From: Tubulanus polymorphus | Taxonomy: Eukaryota; Animalia; Nemertea | Reading direction: 5' to 3' | DNA length: 64,000 bases | Assembly (NCBI RefSeq): GCF_964204645.1 | Contig: NC_134028.1 | Coordinates: 17,615,653 to 17,679,652, forward strand | In this document: one piece after another, positions 11,494 through 23,722 of the stretch | Position numbering within the stretch: the first letter of the stretch is position 1 | How the letters are laid out: every line of letters starts with the position of its first letter | Notes under the pieces: generated by a model | Told to the model about the DNA's origin: nothing | Seen by the model: only the letters and a program-made list of their open reading frames with translations | Databases searched by the model: none | Made by a program: the position numbers and the translations under genes

Positions 11494-13203
11494 CAACACA
11501 ATGGAGATACGTACCTACGAAAGCAAATCCTGCCGATTTAGCATCGAGGGGTATGACCGCAGATGAACTGGCGGATGATAATAGTATATGGTGGACTGGT
11601 CCAAGATTTCTCGTGAAGAATGAAGACGAGTGGCCAGTGAATCGAGTCGAGACAAGCCAGGTAACCAAACAAGAACTGAAGAAAGATTCATCTCCAGGGA
11701 GACAGAATTCACGATGCTTATCAAACTTAAAGAAACTGACGAAGATTGGCGTTTGAATCCAGAACGATATTCACAATGGAATCGTCTATTGCGCGTTCAT
11801 GCGTGGGTACACAGATTCATCGACAATTGTAGAATACCGAAAACTGAGAGGAGTGAAGGCGAGCTGTCTGCAGATGAGTTACTAAACATCGAAGAAGAGA
11901 TAATTCGAAGATGTCAGATCGAAGGATTCAAAGAAGAATACTCTTTGTTGGTTTAAGGAAAAATTTTACAATCAAACAGCAAACTCCTCAGTTTAAAGCC
12001 AAGATTAGACGAGGAAGGTTTGATAAGATGCGAAGGAAGATTAAAATATGCAGAATTCTTAGCTTACGATGTGAAGAATCCGATCATATTATCAAGGCAT
12101 CACCACGTAACAAAGTTGATAGTAAGTCACCACCACGAGAAATACCATCATGTTGGTGGTACAAATCAAGTGTTGGCAAGTTTATCCTCGCGATACTGGG
12201 TGATCAGCGCCAGAGAAGTGATCCGAGATGTTGAACGTGAATGCTGCACATGTAAGAAACGAAAAGCTAATGCTGCAACACAGGTCATGGCACCGTTGCC
12301 ACGACTTGGGGTAAAATGCCTATACGCGCATTCGTAAGAACAGCAGTGGATTTTGGTGGACCATTCATCACGAAACAGGGTGCCGGAAAGAGCAGAGAAA
12401 AGCGTTACTTTTGTGTGTCTTTTCACATGTTTGTCAAGCAGAGCAGTCCATTTAGAACTCGCATTCGGTTTGGACACAGATGCGTTTTTGAATGGATTCT
12501 ACCGAATGGTTAATCGACGAGGGCTGCCAATAGAGATGAACTCAGACAACGGAACGAATTTTGTTGGAGCCAACAACGAACTCAAAGAATTGGTGAAACT
12601 TTTAGACAAAGAAAAGATGAGACGTACAACGGCAAACCAAGGTGTGAAATGGTACTTTAATCCGCCACTCGCACCCCATTTTGGAGGAGTCCACGAGACG
12701 ATGATCAAGTCAGCGAAACGAGCTATATACGCTATACTGGGGAATGCAGACGTAAACGATGAAGAGTTATTAACTCCAGGCCGTTAACTTACCAGTCGGC
12801 TAACCCAGATGATGACGTTCCGTTGACACCAAATCATTTCTTGTTCGGTCAAATGGGAGGTGAGTTCGCGCCAGATACTGTAGATGAAACGGATTTCAGT
12901 CCACGAAGAAGATGGCAACGTGTCCAAGAACTTATGAAACATTTTTGGCAAAGATGGATGAGAGAATGGTTACCACAGTTGAATTCGCGCAAAAAATGGA
13001 CAGATACTAAACGAGATTTTAAAGTCGGGGATGTCGTTTTAGTAATATCGTCAGATACACCAAGGGGTAAATGGCCTTTAGGGCGCGTGTTAGAGATCTT
13101 TCCAGGGAAAGACGGGCACGTTGGAGTAGTTAAGTTACAAGTTGGTAAAACAACATTGGTTAGAACAATTGCAAAATTATGTCCGATAGAAACTACCGAG
13201 TAG
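11494..13203 (+). pseudogene. BEL/Pao pol: RNase H C-terminus, integrase (HHCC, DDE) and C-terminal domain, frameshifted
   Basis: QWRYVPTKANPADLASRG, WWTGPRFL, H..HH.G...C..C, VDFGGPF, SDNGTNFVGA, APHFGGVHE, TPNHFL, WPLGRV...PGKDG. Confidence 0.93.
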
Positions 13204-13392
13204 CAATTGTAGATTATTATTGATTCATTTAAAAACATTAAAATTACATGTATATTAGTAACTAGAATTTAAGATTTGTAAAACATGTGTAGAATTTATT
13301 TCATAGATATGTATATGTATTTTAGCTGAATTTATTGTTGACATTGTAGATTAAAAACATGACAATCCGTAGGATTATCAGGAAGGGGAGAA

Positions 13393-13754
13393 TGTTGAGA
13401 AGCGAACAAGTGTAATATGTAAAACTTTCATTGATTAGACTAATGACATTATAATACCTGCGCTACACTTTATCTAGACTTTCTGACGAATTCACATGAT
13501 GATGAATGTTTAATATAATTAGTGATAATAGGTTTTGAAGATAAAATGATAAGAGTTTAGTATATTAGAGCAGTTCAAAAGTCGAAATTTAGACACATCA
13601 GAAACAGCAATAAAGAAGCAGAAACACAGAAATCTTCTTGTGGTTAGTTTGTCGTATAGCCATTTTGAATTGGTCAAGTTTAGAAATCAAGGTCGTTGAG
13701 TCGCGGAAGGCTTCTAGAAATTACGTTCGTCTCAGAGAGAGAAAACAAACGACA
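13393..13754 (+). repeat. 3' LTR of the BEL element (right end approximate)
   Basis: Polypurine tract GGAAGGGGAGAA (13381-13392) followed by TGTT; internal AATAAA; candidate ...ACA end. Confidence 0.65.
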
Positions 13755-13954
13755 GAAAAGTATCAGGTGATTATCGATAGCCTACTACGGTACACACAGT
13801 TGACAAACAGTTAGGCCTGTGCCGGTTGGTGCGTACTGGGAATAAATATACTGGTTGGTCAGTTGGTTCGGTTGTGAAGTGTGGAAGCTAAGAAAGCCTA
13901 CCGCAGTACGGGTATTTATTTGTCTATAGGCCTATTATATAGTAGCCAATACCA

Positions 13955-14625
13955 GTAAGTACGTAGTTGTTACTCGTACGTGACTGTATGGTGATCTCCA
14001 CAGGTTAACCGTACGTGAGTTCCCTACTAACGCCGTACGTGAGTTCCTCTAGTAGCCAATACGGTAAAAGTGCAGCTCCGCACCTCTCCGCGTGTAAACG
14101 GTTCAATCAATTACGTTAAATATCATTGTTTCGTTTCAAAATGTCATCAGCAATTCAGTACGTTGCCATTGGTTAATTTTAAGATATTTTCACTAGAGAG
14201 AGTAGAAAGATTTTACCCAGGATTCTGTCATTCAGCAGATTGCGTCAATCACGAGAGGTGCGGATCTGCACTTTTACCGCCAATTACCATTTTTTAAGTA
14301 CGAAGTTGTTACCCGTACGTGCCAGTGACTGTACGGTGATATCCACAGGTTAACCGTACGTGAGTTCCCTTAAAAGGCCGTAAGTAAGTTCCTATAATCT
14401 GCAAACGTGCATGCGTGAAAGAATAGAGTTTGGGTTGGGTGAGGCTAGGCTATTTGTAAATCAAATTTCATCCACCCTGCAGTTACGTTCTGTGGCACAG
14501 TGGGTAAATCACTGGACTGCAACTGGATTTTTTTTTCATTTGGTTTCGAATCCCAATATTGCAAGTCTGAGCGTCAACATACTCACATACGGCTAACCTG
14601 TAGAAATAACCGTACAGTCGCTGAT
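13955..14625. repeat. Short dispersed repeat, two direct copies (~13957, ~14296) and one inverted (~14581); MITE-like
   Basis: GTGACTGTAYGGTGATMTCCACAGGTTAACCGTACGTGAGT occurs twice; its reverse complement ACTCACATACGGCTAACCTGTAGAAATAACCGTACAGTC is at 14581. Confidence 0.6.
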
Positions 14626-14958
14626 GGCATGATGGCGGCTTGGTCATAACGTCTGGAATAGCAGAGAGCAGAAAAGTTTAAAATTTAGTGATTTAATGGA
14701 GTTTCCACAGGATAAATTATATCTGATGGATAAAGCTCAACGCCGTGCATCCGACGGTATGTTTGTATAGAACTTTTGGTGGTGTTTTTGCCGTATTTTC
14801 ATCGCTCGTTTATCGTCCATGCATTCTTAAACTGTACATATAAATAAACATTTGTCGGGGCCATACTACACACCTGTCATACCGGTCGTCTCGCTCCGCA
14901 TGAGTAAAGCTACCTGTTGGTAAATACTATACTATACAGTGTGTGCCAATAGAAGTAA

Positions 14959-15145
14959 ATGTCGGCTATACAGCAATTAAAGACGGCTAATCTCGCTGGG
15001 CTCAATAAATACAGCCGCGACGAATTAGCGGAATATATACTGTCCCAGACTCAGAATCCCGGACCCACAACCGACGGGAAGGCAGGCGATGATGAACCGC
15101 CTGTAGATGCCGGTGCCGTCGGAGGTTTCGAAATGATTACACGAC
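14959..15145 (+). pseudogene. LINE ORF1, 5' part
   Basis: MSAIQQLK...EMITRQ joins in frame to ILESEKRL at ~31870 once the Polinton and one TSD copy are removed. Confidence 0.8.
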
Positions 15146-15742
15146 AGTAATAGGGGTAATGGGCTTTCAGATCAAAGGTCGAAGGGTCGAGCTCATTAAA
15201 AAACAAAACATTAAAAGTAATTAAAAACTATAATATATTTTCATAACCGTGTGTATTTTATATTAAAACTAAATATTTATTCTAAGATATCAATAATCTA
15301 AAAAGCATATTGTATTAAATCAATTGGTCGCTCCGCTTCGCTACCGCTCCGCTCCGCGACCAATTGATTTATTTACAATACACAAATTCATATAATCAAA
15401 TATATTCAAATGATAATAATTATTCTATTGTTCAACTGAAATACACACGGTTTGAAAATATATTATAGTTTTAAATTACTTTTAATATTTGTTATTAATG
15501 AACTCGACCATTCAACCTTTAACCCGAAAGCCCATTACCCCTATTACTCTGAAAATATTCATATACATGAATAACATTTAAATCATTGAACTTCTAAAAT
15601 CAATTTTGATAAAAAATTTAGTATTAAAATGGAAGCAAATAAGTACTACTGTCCAACATGTAATATCAATGTAGATAAATCCCAAAAAGCAAGACACAAT
15701 AAAACTAAAACACATTTAGAGAATAAATTGAAACTAGAATAT
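15146..15742 (+). repeat. Left TIR, containing a 403-bp hairpin (15146-15548) and the first 38 PolB codons
   Basis: Reverse complement of 31266-31863; internal palindrome ending CCCCTATTACT at 15548. Confidence 0.95.
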
Positions 15743-18700
15743 AAAGATGATATATTAGAAACTAAATTAGATGAATTAAAGAATGAAAAAGAAATATATA
15801 AATGTGATACATGTTATCAACCATTCAGTGATAAAAGATATTATAATGAACATTTAAAATCTAAAAGTCATATTAGAAATAAGAATAATGATATTTTAGG
15901 TGAAGATTATTTTGATAAAGATAATGATAAGAAACAGAAGACAATTAAAAACATAAAAAATAAATTAAACAATAAAAGACCATACATGGAAGATGTAAGA
16001 AATTATATTAATTCATTAGATAATAAAAAAGATATAGAGATAACCGAAGCATTTAAAAGTGATATTGGTCCAGCAGCTGTCGAGTTTAAATTTCATAAAG
16101 GAAAAACATTAGAAGAAAATAAAAAACATTTAGAAAATATGAAAAATATTATAAAGATAATTACTGATGTTGAATATCCTAAAATTAGTATATCAGTTAA
16201 AGTAAAGTTTATAAAATCTGAAGATAAACCAATATATAATATAAATTCTCATTCACAACATATTATTTCAAAACAACATATAGATGATAAATTAGATAAA
16301 TGTTATAATGAAGTAAAAACTAAAATAGAAGAGAAATATTTTGAAGGATCTGGTTTAATATTTGATGAAATAATATTTATGACTTTACATGTTTATAACA
16401 CAAAATATATTAAGTTAACTAAATCAAAACCAATTGATGAAAATAATTTATCATATTATAAAGATGATAGTATAAATGGAACAAGTTATATTAAACTACC
16501 ATTTAAAACTAATGCTGTAATAAATGTACAAAATTTTGATAATAAATGTTTTCTATGGGCTATAATAAGTTGTTTACATCCTGCAACTTATAATATTTGT
16601 AGATTAACTCATTATAAACCATTTGAAAATAATTATAAGATAGATAAGTATCCTGTTATAATTAAAGACATCCCAAAAATAGAAAGAGATAATAATTTAA
16701 AGATAAATGTATTTGATTTAATCAAATTACCAAATACAAAAGGTAACAATATAAAACATTATACATTAGAACCTTTATATCTATCAAAAGATTATGATTC
16801 AAACGATGTTATAGATATACTATATTATGAGAATCATTATATGTGGATTAAACAAATCGATTTATTTTTTAAATCAGAAAATGATCACCATAAAATATAT
16901 CTTTGTAGAAAATGTTTACATAGATTCAGTAATGAAAGTGCATTATTAAATCATAAACAATTATGTGAAAATCATGATTATTGTAAATTAGTTTTACCAA
17001 ATGAAAAGGATAAAATATTAGAATTCAAAAAATATGATTACAAAAATAAAGTACCATTCGTAATATATGGAGATTTTGAATCATTAAATAAAGAACTAAC
17101 TGATCAAGATAGAAAAGAAATATATTATAAAAGAAAGAAATTAAATTCTAATGAAAATGATTTTTCAGATGAACCACCAAAAACAAATACTATTAAAAAG
17201 ATTCATCAATCAGCTGCTGCTTTCGGGTTATATATAAAATCTGATTATCCAGAACTAATTGAAAGTGAATATTATAATTATAGAAATGAAAATGTTATCA
17301 ATCATTTTTGTGACTTATTGATTGAATATGAAATAAGATTTAGTAAATTATTGAATACAAATATAGAAATTATAATGACAGAAGATAAAGAAGCATTTGC
17401 GTTTGCAGGTAAATGTTATTATTGTGAAAAGATATTTAATTATAAAGATAAAAAAGTAAGAGACCATGATCATTTGAACGGAAAGTTTAGAGGCGCTGCA
17501 CATGAGAATTGTAACTTACAAGCTAAGAAAATTAATTTTGTACCAGTTATATTTCATAATCTATCAGGATATGATGCACATTTATTTATCAAACAGTTAT
17601 GCCATAAAATAGAAGAAATCAATAATGAAATAGAAATATTAAATTCAAATAGATCAAAAGATAAAATACCAACTTATAAATTTAGAAGGTTAGCTAAAAC
17701 ATCTGAGAATTATATATCATTCCAATTTGGTTGCCTAAGATTTATAGATTCATATAGATTTTTAAATAGTTCATTAGATAACTTATCAAAATCATTAGTT
17801 GATGATGAATTGAAAATATTAAAGCAACACTACCCAAATAATGATGATTTCAAATTAATGAGATATAAAGGAGCAATTCCATATTCTTTCTATAAAAATC
17901 ATAATGATTTTAACATAACTGAATTATTAAAAGAACAATTCTATGATGAATTAAAAAATGAATATGTTAAAGATGAAGACTATAATAGAACATTGAATAT
18001 TTGGAATCATTTCAAAATAGAAAATCATGGGCAATTAGTAGATTTATATTTAAAATCAGATGTATTATTATTAACCGATTTATTCGAAAGGTTTAGAGAT
18101 GTAAACCTAAAATATTTTAACATTGATCCTTGTCATTGTTATTCATCACCAGGATTAACATGGGATTGTGGATTAAAATTTACAAATATAAAAATGGATT
18201 TGTTAACAAATATAGATCAATTACTATTATTTGAAAAATCTATAAGAGGAGGTGTTTCAGGTGTATTAGGTGATAGATATTTCAATGTAAATGATAACCC
18301 TGGATATAAGTTATTATATATAGATGCAAATAATTTGTATGGTTGGGCAATGATGGAACCACAACCTTATGGAGTATTTGAATTAACTGAAGTTTTACAG
18401 AATAAAAATAATGATAAATTTGATTGGAAGAAAAGAATCCTAGATATTGCAGATGATTCAGATACTGGTTACTTCTTTGTTGTAGATTTAGAATATCCTG
18501 AACATATTAAATTTAAATCTAGAAATCTAGCTTACTGTCCAGAACATAAAACTGTAACTCATGAAGAATTACCAAATTATCAAAAAAGAATTAAACCCGA
18601 AAATCATATTCATACAGAAAAGTTAATGGTAACTCAAGAAGATAAATATAATTATGTAGTACATTATAGAATGTAAAAGTTTTATTTGAATCAAGGAATG

Positions 18701-19654
18701 ATTCTAAAAAAAGTACATAGATATATTTCATTTAGTCAATGTACGTGGTTAGAAAAATATATAGATTTTAACACCAAACAGAGAACTGAAGCTAAAACTG
18801 ATTTCGAGAAAGATTTCTTCAAGTTAATGAATAATGCATTCTATGGTAAGACTTGTGAAAATATTAGAAATAGAAATGATATTGAGTTAGTCAGTAATGG
18901 TAAAAGAATTAGACATTTACAAACATATCCTAAATTTATAGGTAACAGAATATTTGATGAAAATTTAGCCGCAGTTAAAATGAGAAGAACATCAATGAAA
19001 TTTAATAAACCAATCTATGTTGGCGCTTCAGTTTTAGAATTATCAAAATTACTAATGTATGAATTCTATTATAATGTATTACAACCACTTTTTGGAGAAA
19101 AACATATAGAAATATTATATTTTGATACAGATTCTTACATATTAAAGATAAAAACTGATAACATAACTGATGATTTAAAAACATTAAAACATCATTTTGA
19201 TTTTAGTAACTATCCTAAAATTCATGAATTGTTTAGCAATGATAATAAAAAAGTTCCCGGTAAATTCAATGAATTAGGCGGTGAAGAAATGATTGAATTC
19301 ATAGGTATTCGATCTAAAATGTATTCATATAAAACTAAAGAACATGAAGCTAAAAAGTTAAAAGGAATAACCAAAAGTGTAGTAGAAAAGAATATTCATT
19401 TCAAAGATTACATCAATTGTATATTCAAAGAAGAAGTTAGAAAACATAAGATGAGATGTTTAAGATCTGAAGATCATGAAATGTTTATTGAAGAGATAGA
19501 AAAGATAAGTCTAAACCCATTTGATGATAAAAGATATATTTTAGATGATGGAATTCATACAGTTGCTTATGGTTGTAATTTAGATGAATACTTAAAATTT
19601 AAAAGAGAAGAAACAAAAGAGAACGAGATAATGAAAAGAATTCTAACGTGTTAA
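15629..19654 (+). CDS. polB: Protein-primed DNA polymerase B with N-terminal C2H2 fingers and EndoVII-like insert; one premature stop at 18674-18676
   Basis: ExoI YGDFES, FHNLSGYD, YLKSDV, motif A YIDANNLYGWAM, motif B KLMNNAFYGKT, motif C YFDTDSY. The TAA replaces the TTA (Leu) seen in copy 1. Confidence 0.96.
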
Positions 19655-19683
19655 TCAAATTTTAATAAAAATATGTTATTAAA

Positions 19684-20037
19684 ATGGAGAGTAAACAAGC
19701 ACACAGTGAGAACAACAAATTATTTCTAGATAGAATTAAAGATACTACAAATGTAAAATCTGTAGATTATAAATTCAAAAAGTTAACAGAATTAACAATC
19801 CATAAGAAATATCTAATTACAAATATTGATACAGTTACTAATAACTATGGAGATAAATTAGTTATACACTTAGAATATGAAGGATTAAAAGGAAATACAT
19901 ATAAATTTAGAACATATTTACCAGATAGATTTCATAGATTATCAAGTGAAGATTTAGAAGAATTATGTTCTGGAGATTTCTATTTCGTATACAAAAGTAA
20001 GAATGAAAAAGGGCACCATGAAATAGATTTCGAATGA
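19684..20037 (+). CDS. 117-aa protein, candidate OB-fold ssDNA-binding protein
   Basis: Intact in both copies and adjacent to PolB; KKLxEL...YxI...YGDKLVIxL...YLPxRF pattern. The function is inferred. Confidence 0.7.
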   Translation: MESKQAHSENNKLFLDRIKDTTNVKSVDYKFKKLTELTIHKKYLITNIDTVTNNYGDKLVIHLEYEGLKGNTYKFRTYLPDRFHRLSSEDLEELCSGDFYFVYKSKNEKGHHEIDFE

Positions 20038-20054
20038 GAAAATATGTAAAATAA

Positions 20055-20812
20055 ATGGCGGAATTAAAAGAATACAGAATATTTGTTGATTCTAGAAAAC
20101 TTACAAATTATAAATCACATAATTTATTAGTACAATTAGATAGAGAATTTAAGAATTGTGTTGATTTAAAATTAGTAAATATAAGTTTATGTAATTCTTT
20201 TTACAATATATCGAATAAAACTATTGAACATAGAGCTTTTTTAATTTTTAATAAAAATAAAAATGAATGGGTCTATATATATTTAAAACCGGGGTTATAT
20301 AATTTAGATACATTAGCACAAGAAATTAATAGAAAAGCCTGGCACAAATTAGGTAGTAGTTCTGGGTTTAGTGTTAGATTTTTAAAAAGTGAGAGTTCTG
20401 ATAGAATAAAGATAAGGTTGTCTAATAGTGAAAAACATAAATTTATGGTAAAAAAACCTATAGCTAAACTGTTAGGAATTCTTCCAGATAGATCTTTTAC
20501 AAATATTGACGCTACTACACCAAACTTAATACCTTACACACATTTTTATATTTATTGCAATTTAATCGATCCTACAAAAACATTCGAAGCAACTAAAGAT
20601 ATAACTTGTAATTCTGGTTTACCATTTTACCATTGAAGAATGTTAAACAATTTGGAACGCAAATAAATTATAATTTAGCTGAATGTGATTTCAAACCATG
20701 CATTCCTAAATTCAATAATTTTAAATTAGAAATAAGAGATCATAATGGATATTTAATTGATTTGAATAACTTTCCTGTAATTTATGAATTAGTTATAAGA
20801 TGTAAAGAGTAA
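20055..20812 (+). pseudogene. Minor capsid protein (penton, single jelly roll), frameshift near 20615
   Basis: IFVDSR...LVNISLCNS.YN...PGLYN...FYIYCNLI...; C-terminus IRDHNGYLIDLNNFPVIYELVI in the shifted frame. This pattern is typical of Polinton pentons. Confidence 0.8.
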
Positions 20813-20828
20813 TTTTTTTATTATATAA

Positions 20829-21188
20829 ATGAATATAACTGTTGGACCGAGTATATGTTTTGGGTTTGATTTTAAACGTGAGAAAGAAATGAAATTTAAC
20901 ATTAATGATGTAATTACACATATCAAAAATATTACATTTTCTAGTGAAACAACATTTGAGTATGAAACAACAATAGATAAAGAAACTTTAAATGTAGAAA
21001 AGATTACTAATATAATTAGAGAATCTTTAAGATTTTATGAATTAGATGAAGATTTTATCATAGATGATATCAAAAACATATTATCCAAAATATATGATAA
21101 TCATAAAAGTAGTAATGAAATAAATGTTGAATTAATTATAAATAAGATAACTAAATATTTTGATGATAGTAATTTTTTTGATAAATAA
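20829..21188 (+). CDS. Polinton hypothetical protein (119 aa)
   Basis: Intact ORF, T-run/TAAATG start, conserved in copy 1. Confidence 0.75.
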   Translation: MNITVGPSICFGFDFKREKEMKFNINDVITHIKNITFSSETTFEYETTIDKETLNVEKITNIIRESLRFYELDEDFIIDDIKNILSKIYDNHKSSNEINVELIINKITKYFDDSNFFDK

Positions 21189-21412
21189 ATGAGTGATAAT
21201 AAGTGGATAATAACTGGATTATATAATGGCGCATTACTATCAGTTGGAACTGTTGGTTATTCAATGGTATTAAAAAAAGTATTCAAAATGGGAAGTGTTT
21301 TAATGTTGATAGATTTGATATAAATGATATCTTAAAATTAACATTAGCAGTTACTTTATCTAATTTAACAATTGATTATTTGGAAAAACAAAAATATATT
21401 CCTCCCATATAA
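21189..21412 (+). pseudogene. Small membrane protein, frameshifted (intact at 439-660)
   Basis: MSDNKWIITGLYNGALLSVG...QKYIPPI with a small insertion near 21300. Confidence 0.75.
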
Positions 21413-21436
21413 ATACATAATTTTTTTGCTAAATAA

Positions 21437-21847
21437 ATGGCGTCTGCAATTATAACTATTATAGGATCGGCAATTGTTAACGCTTTAGCATTTACTGGTG
21501 GTGGATATTTATTTAAACATATTGATAAAAATAGTTCATTAGGAGAACAAAGAAGACATAATTTAGCATTAGTGAAATATAATAAAGCTGCAGAGAAAAG
21601 AGGCAAAACTATATGGATTACATCAATAAAGAATTATATGATCAGAAGATTTCACAGAGATTTTCAATCAGTTGATGATGCAATGAGTTTATATAACGCG
21701 GTAACCAATAAAGAAAAATTACATCTATACAAACCTAAATTATCAGATTATTATACCCCAAGTAAAGAACAACAGAAATATGAAATAATATGGATTTTAG
21801 GTGGAACTGTTATTGTTATATTTGTTGCTTATAAGTTTACTAATTAG
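21437..21847 (+). CDS. Polinton conserved protein with hydrophobic N-terminus and C-terminal TM helix
   Basis: MASAIITIIGSAIVNALAFTGGGYLF...RRHNLA...PKLSDYYTPS...IIWILGGTVIVIFVAY; the middle appears locally frameshifted relative to copy 1. Confidence 0.75.
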   Translation: MASAIITIIGSAIVNALAFTGGGYLFKHIDKNSSLGEQRRHNLALVKYNKAAEKRGKTIWITSIKNYMIRRFHRDFQSVDDAMSLYNAVTNKEKLHLYKPKLSDYYTPSKEQQKYEIIWILGGTVIVIFVAYKFTN

Positions 21848-21867
21848 TAATTTTTTTTGCTAAATAA

Positions 21868-22302
21868 ATGGAAGATAAAGTTGATAGTATTGATATTATT
21901 CCTCATGATATAAATAAAACTAAATTAAAAACATATTTAGAAAAACAAATATTAGAATTTGAAAGTGACTTAAAAGTTAAAAAGAAAAAATATCTAAAAA
22001 GTAAAATTATATATTATTTGATTATAAGTGATTCGGTTACAATTAGTTCTGTAATAACATTTCTAGCAATATTCAGTCCATTAACACCTATAGCTATATC
22101 AATTGGTGTGTTAGGATTAAGTTCAAGTGTTTTAACTGGTATAAGTTCAAAATTAAATATAAAAAGTAATAAAGAAAAAATTAAAACTAATATAAAAGAA
22201 ATTAATAAATTAAAGAACACACTAGATTATATCATAAGTTTAAATGGTCATATAACAGTTGAAGAACAAGATAAATTATTAAAAGAATTAATAAATTATT
22301 AA
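21868..22302 (+). CDS. Polinton coiled-coil protein with a hydrophobic hairpin (144 aa)
   Basis: Central ~45-aa hydrophobic stretch flanked by Lys-rich helices. Confidence 0.75.
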   Translation: MEDKVDSIDIIPHDINKTKLKTYLEKQILEFESDLKVKKKKYLKSKIIYYLIISDSVTISSVITFLAIFSPLTPIAISIGVLGLSSSVLTGISSKLNIKSNKEKIKTNIKEINKLKNTLDYIISLNGHITVEEQDKLLKELINY

Positions 22303-22318
22303 TTTTTTAATTATATAA

Positions 22319-23706
22319 ATGGTAGATAGTTTTCCAAAAGCTTTCCAATATAATAAATCAATTAAATATAATATTCCAGCAATAGATTTTAATAAAGATA
22401 TTACATATAGAAATGAAGTTTTAGATTCATTAACTAATTTAGAAATTTATGTTACTGAAACTAATAATTATAATGCAACGATGGAAAATATATTTCATGT
22501 ATATTTAATTAATTTTAAAAAATTGAAAGATGAAAAACAATGGTTATTAAAATCTAATATGAAGTATTGGCAGAATCAATTAAATTTTGCTGTTTATTGT
22601 TCAACAACAGGATGTGGAATAAGTTGGAATGATCATTTGAATAATTCTAAATATAAACTAATTCAAAGTTTATTTAGATTTCATACATACTTTCAAATCA
22701 GAATAATATTAAATGAATTAGAGTGCGCTTTACCAGGATCAAGATATTTTAAAGAATTAGATAATAATATTAATTTATCTAAGTTTTATAAAATTTGTAA
22801 TGAATTTAATATAGATATAAATAATTCTGATTTTAGAACAAAAATTGGAACAATAAGATCACTTCCTTGCCCTAAAAAGATTGCAGAATATTGTGCACTT
22901 CCCATACCATCTAATAGTTTTTATAATATCTATAATAATAAATTAGGTTATGGTAAAATAGAAACTAAGGATTTAGAAACATTAAATTTCAATAAATTAC
23001 CGAAATTTTATGATAATTTAAAACAAGAAAACAATAATGGTTGGGTTTATTTTATTTTAGAAAATAGTGAAGGTTTTACTAAATCAGGTATAGAAAGAAT
23101 AAATCAATCAATTAGAACTTATTTGATTTGTATTCTAGGATCACAAGTTGAAACAAGATCCCCGATAATTGGAAATTTGAATACATCATTCGATACACAA
23201 AAACAATTTAAAGTTTTATTTGAAGATTCCATACATAATGATAAAAATAGATCGATTCCAGAATGCATTATAAGATATCAAAATTATTTAGATAAATCTC
23301 ATGTAAGACTTAATTATTGTATAGGCCCTAATCTATTAATTATTTCTAATGATTTAGTATTAAAGATGGGAAACATAATTGGTTATAATAATCTAATTAA
23401 AACTGCAACAATAAATAATTCATTTGGATTGAATGATATAAATAAAAAGATTATTACTGCTCCAAAATTAATGGAAGGCGAAAAAAATATAAAACACATT
23501 CAATCAACAGAAACTAAAACTAAGAATATTAATTAAATAATGATTCTAAAATAAAAGATTATAATACATCAGAAAATAATAGAACTGATATTATTCAACA
23601 TGATATAATTAATCTAAATGATGATAATAAATCCCATGAAAATACTAAATTAGCTATAACTTGTATAGGAATTGTAATCGGAGGAATATTATATTTTAAA
23701 TTTTAA
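22319..23706 (+). CDS. Polinton conserved hypothetical protein; C-terminal TM tail lies beyond a frameshift at ~23535
   Basis: 405-aa ORF (WQNQLNFAVYCSTTGCGISW, RFHTYFQIR); the downstream frame ends HENTKLAITCIGIVIGGILYFKF*. Confidence 0.75.
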
Positions 23707-23722
23707 TTTTTGTATTATGTAA

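Noticed and set aside
14484-14556. tRNA-like sequence (TGGCACAGTGG A-box, GGTTTCGAATCCC B-box-like)
   Set aside because: No convincing cloverleaf and it has an internal T-run; at best a decayed tRNA-derived SINE head.
18674-18676. Programmed readthrough or alternative genetic code in PolB (and Gypsy pol at 58012)
   Set aside because: Copy 1 has TTA at this codon, so it is a point mutation or sequencing error; other lesions are scattered indels typical of decay.
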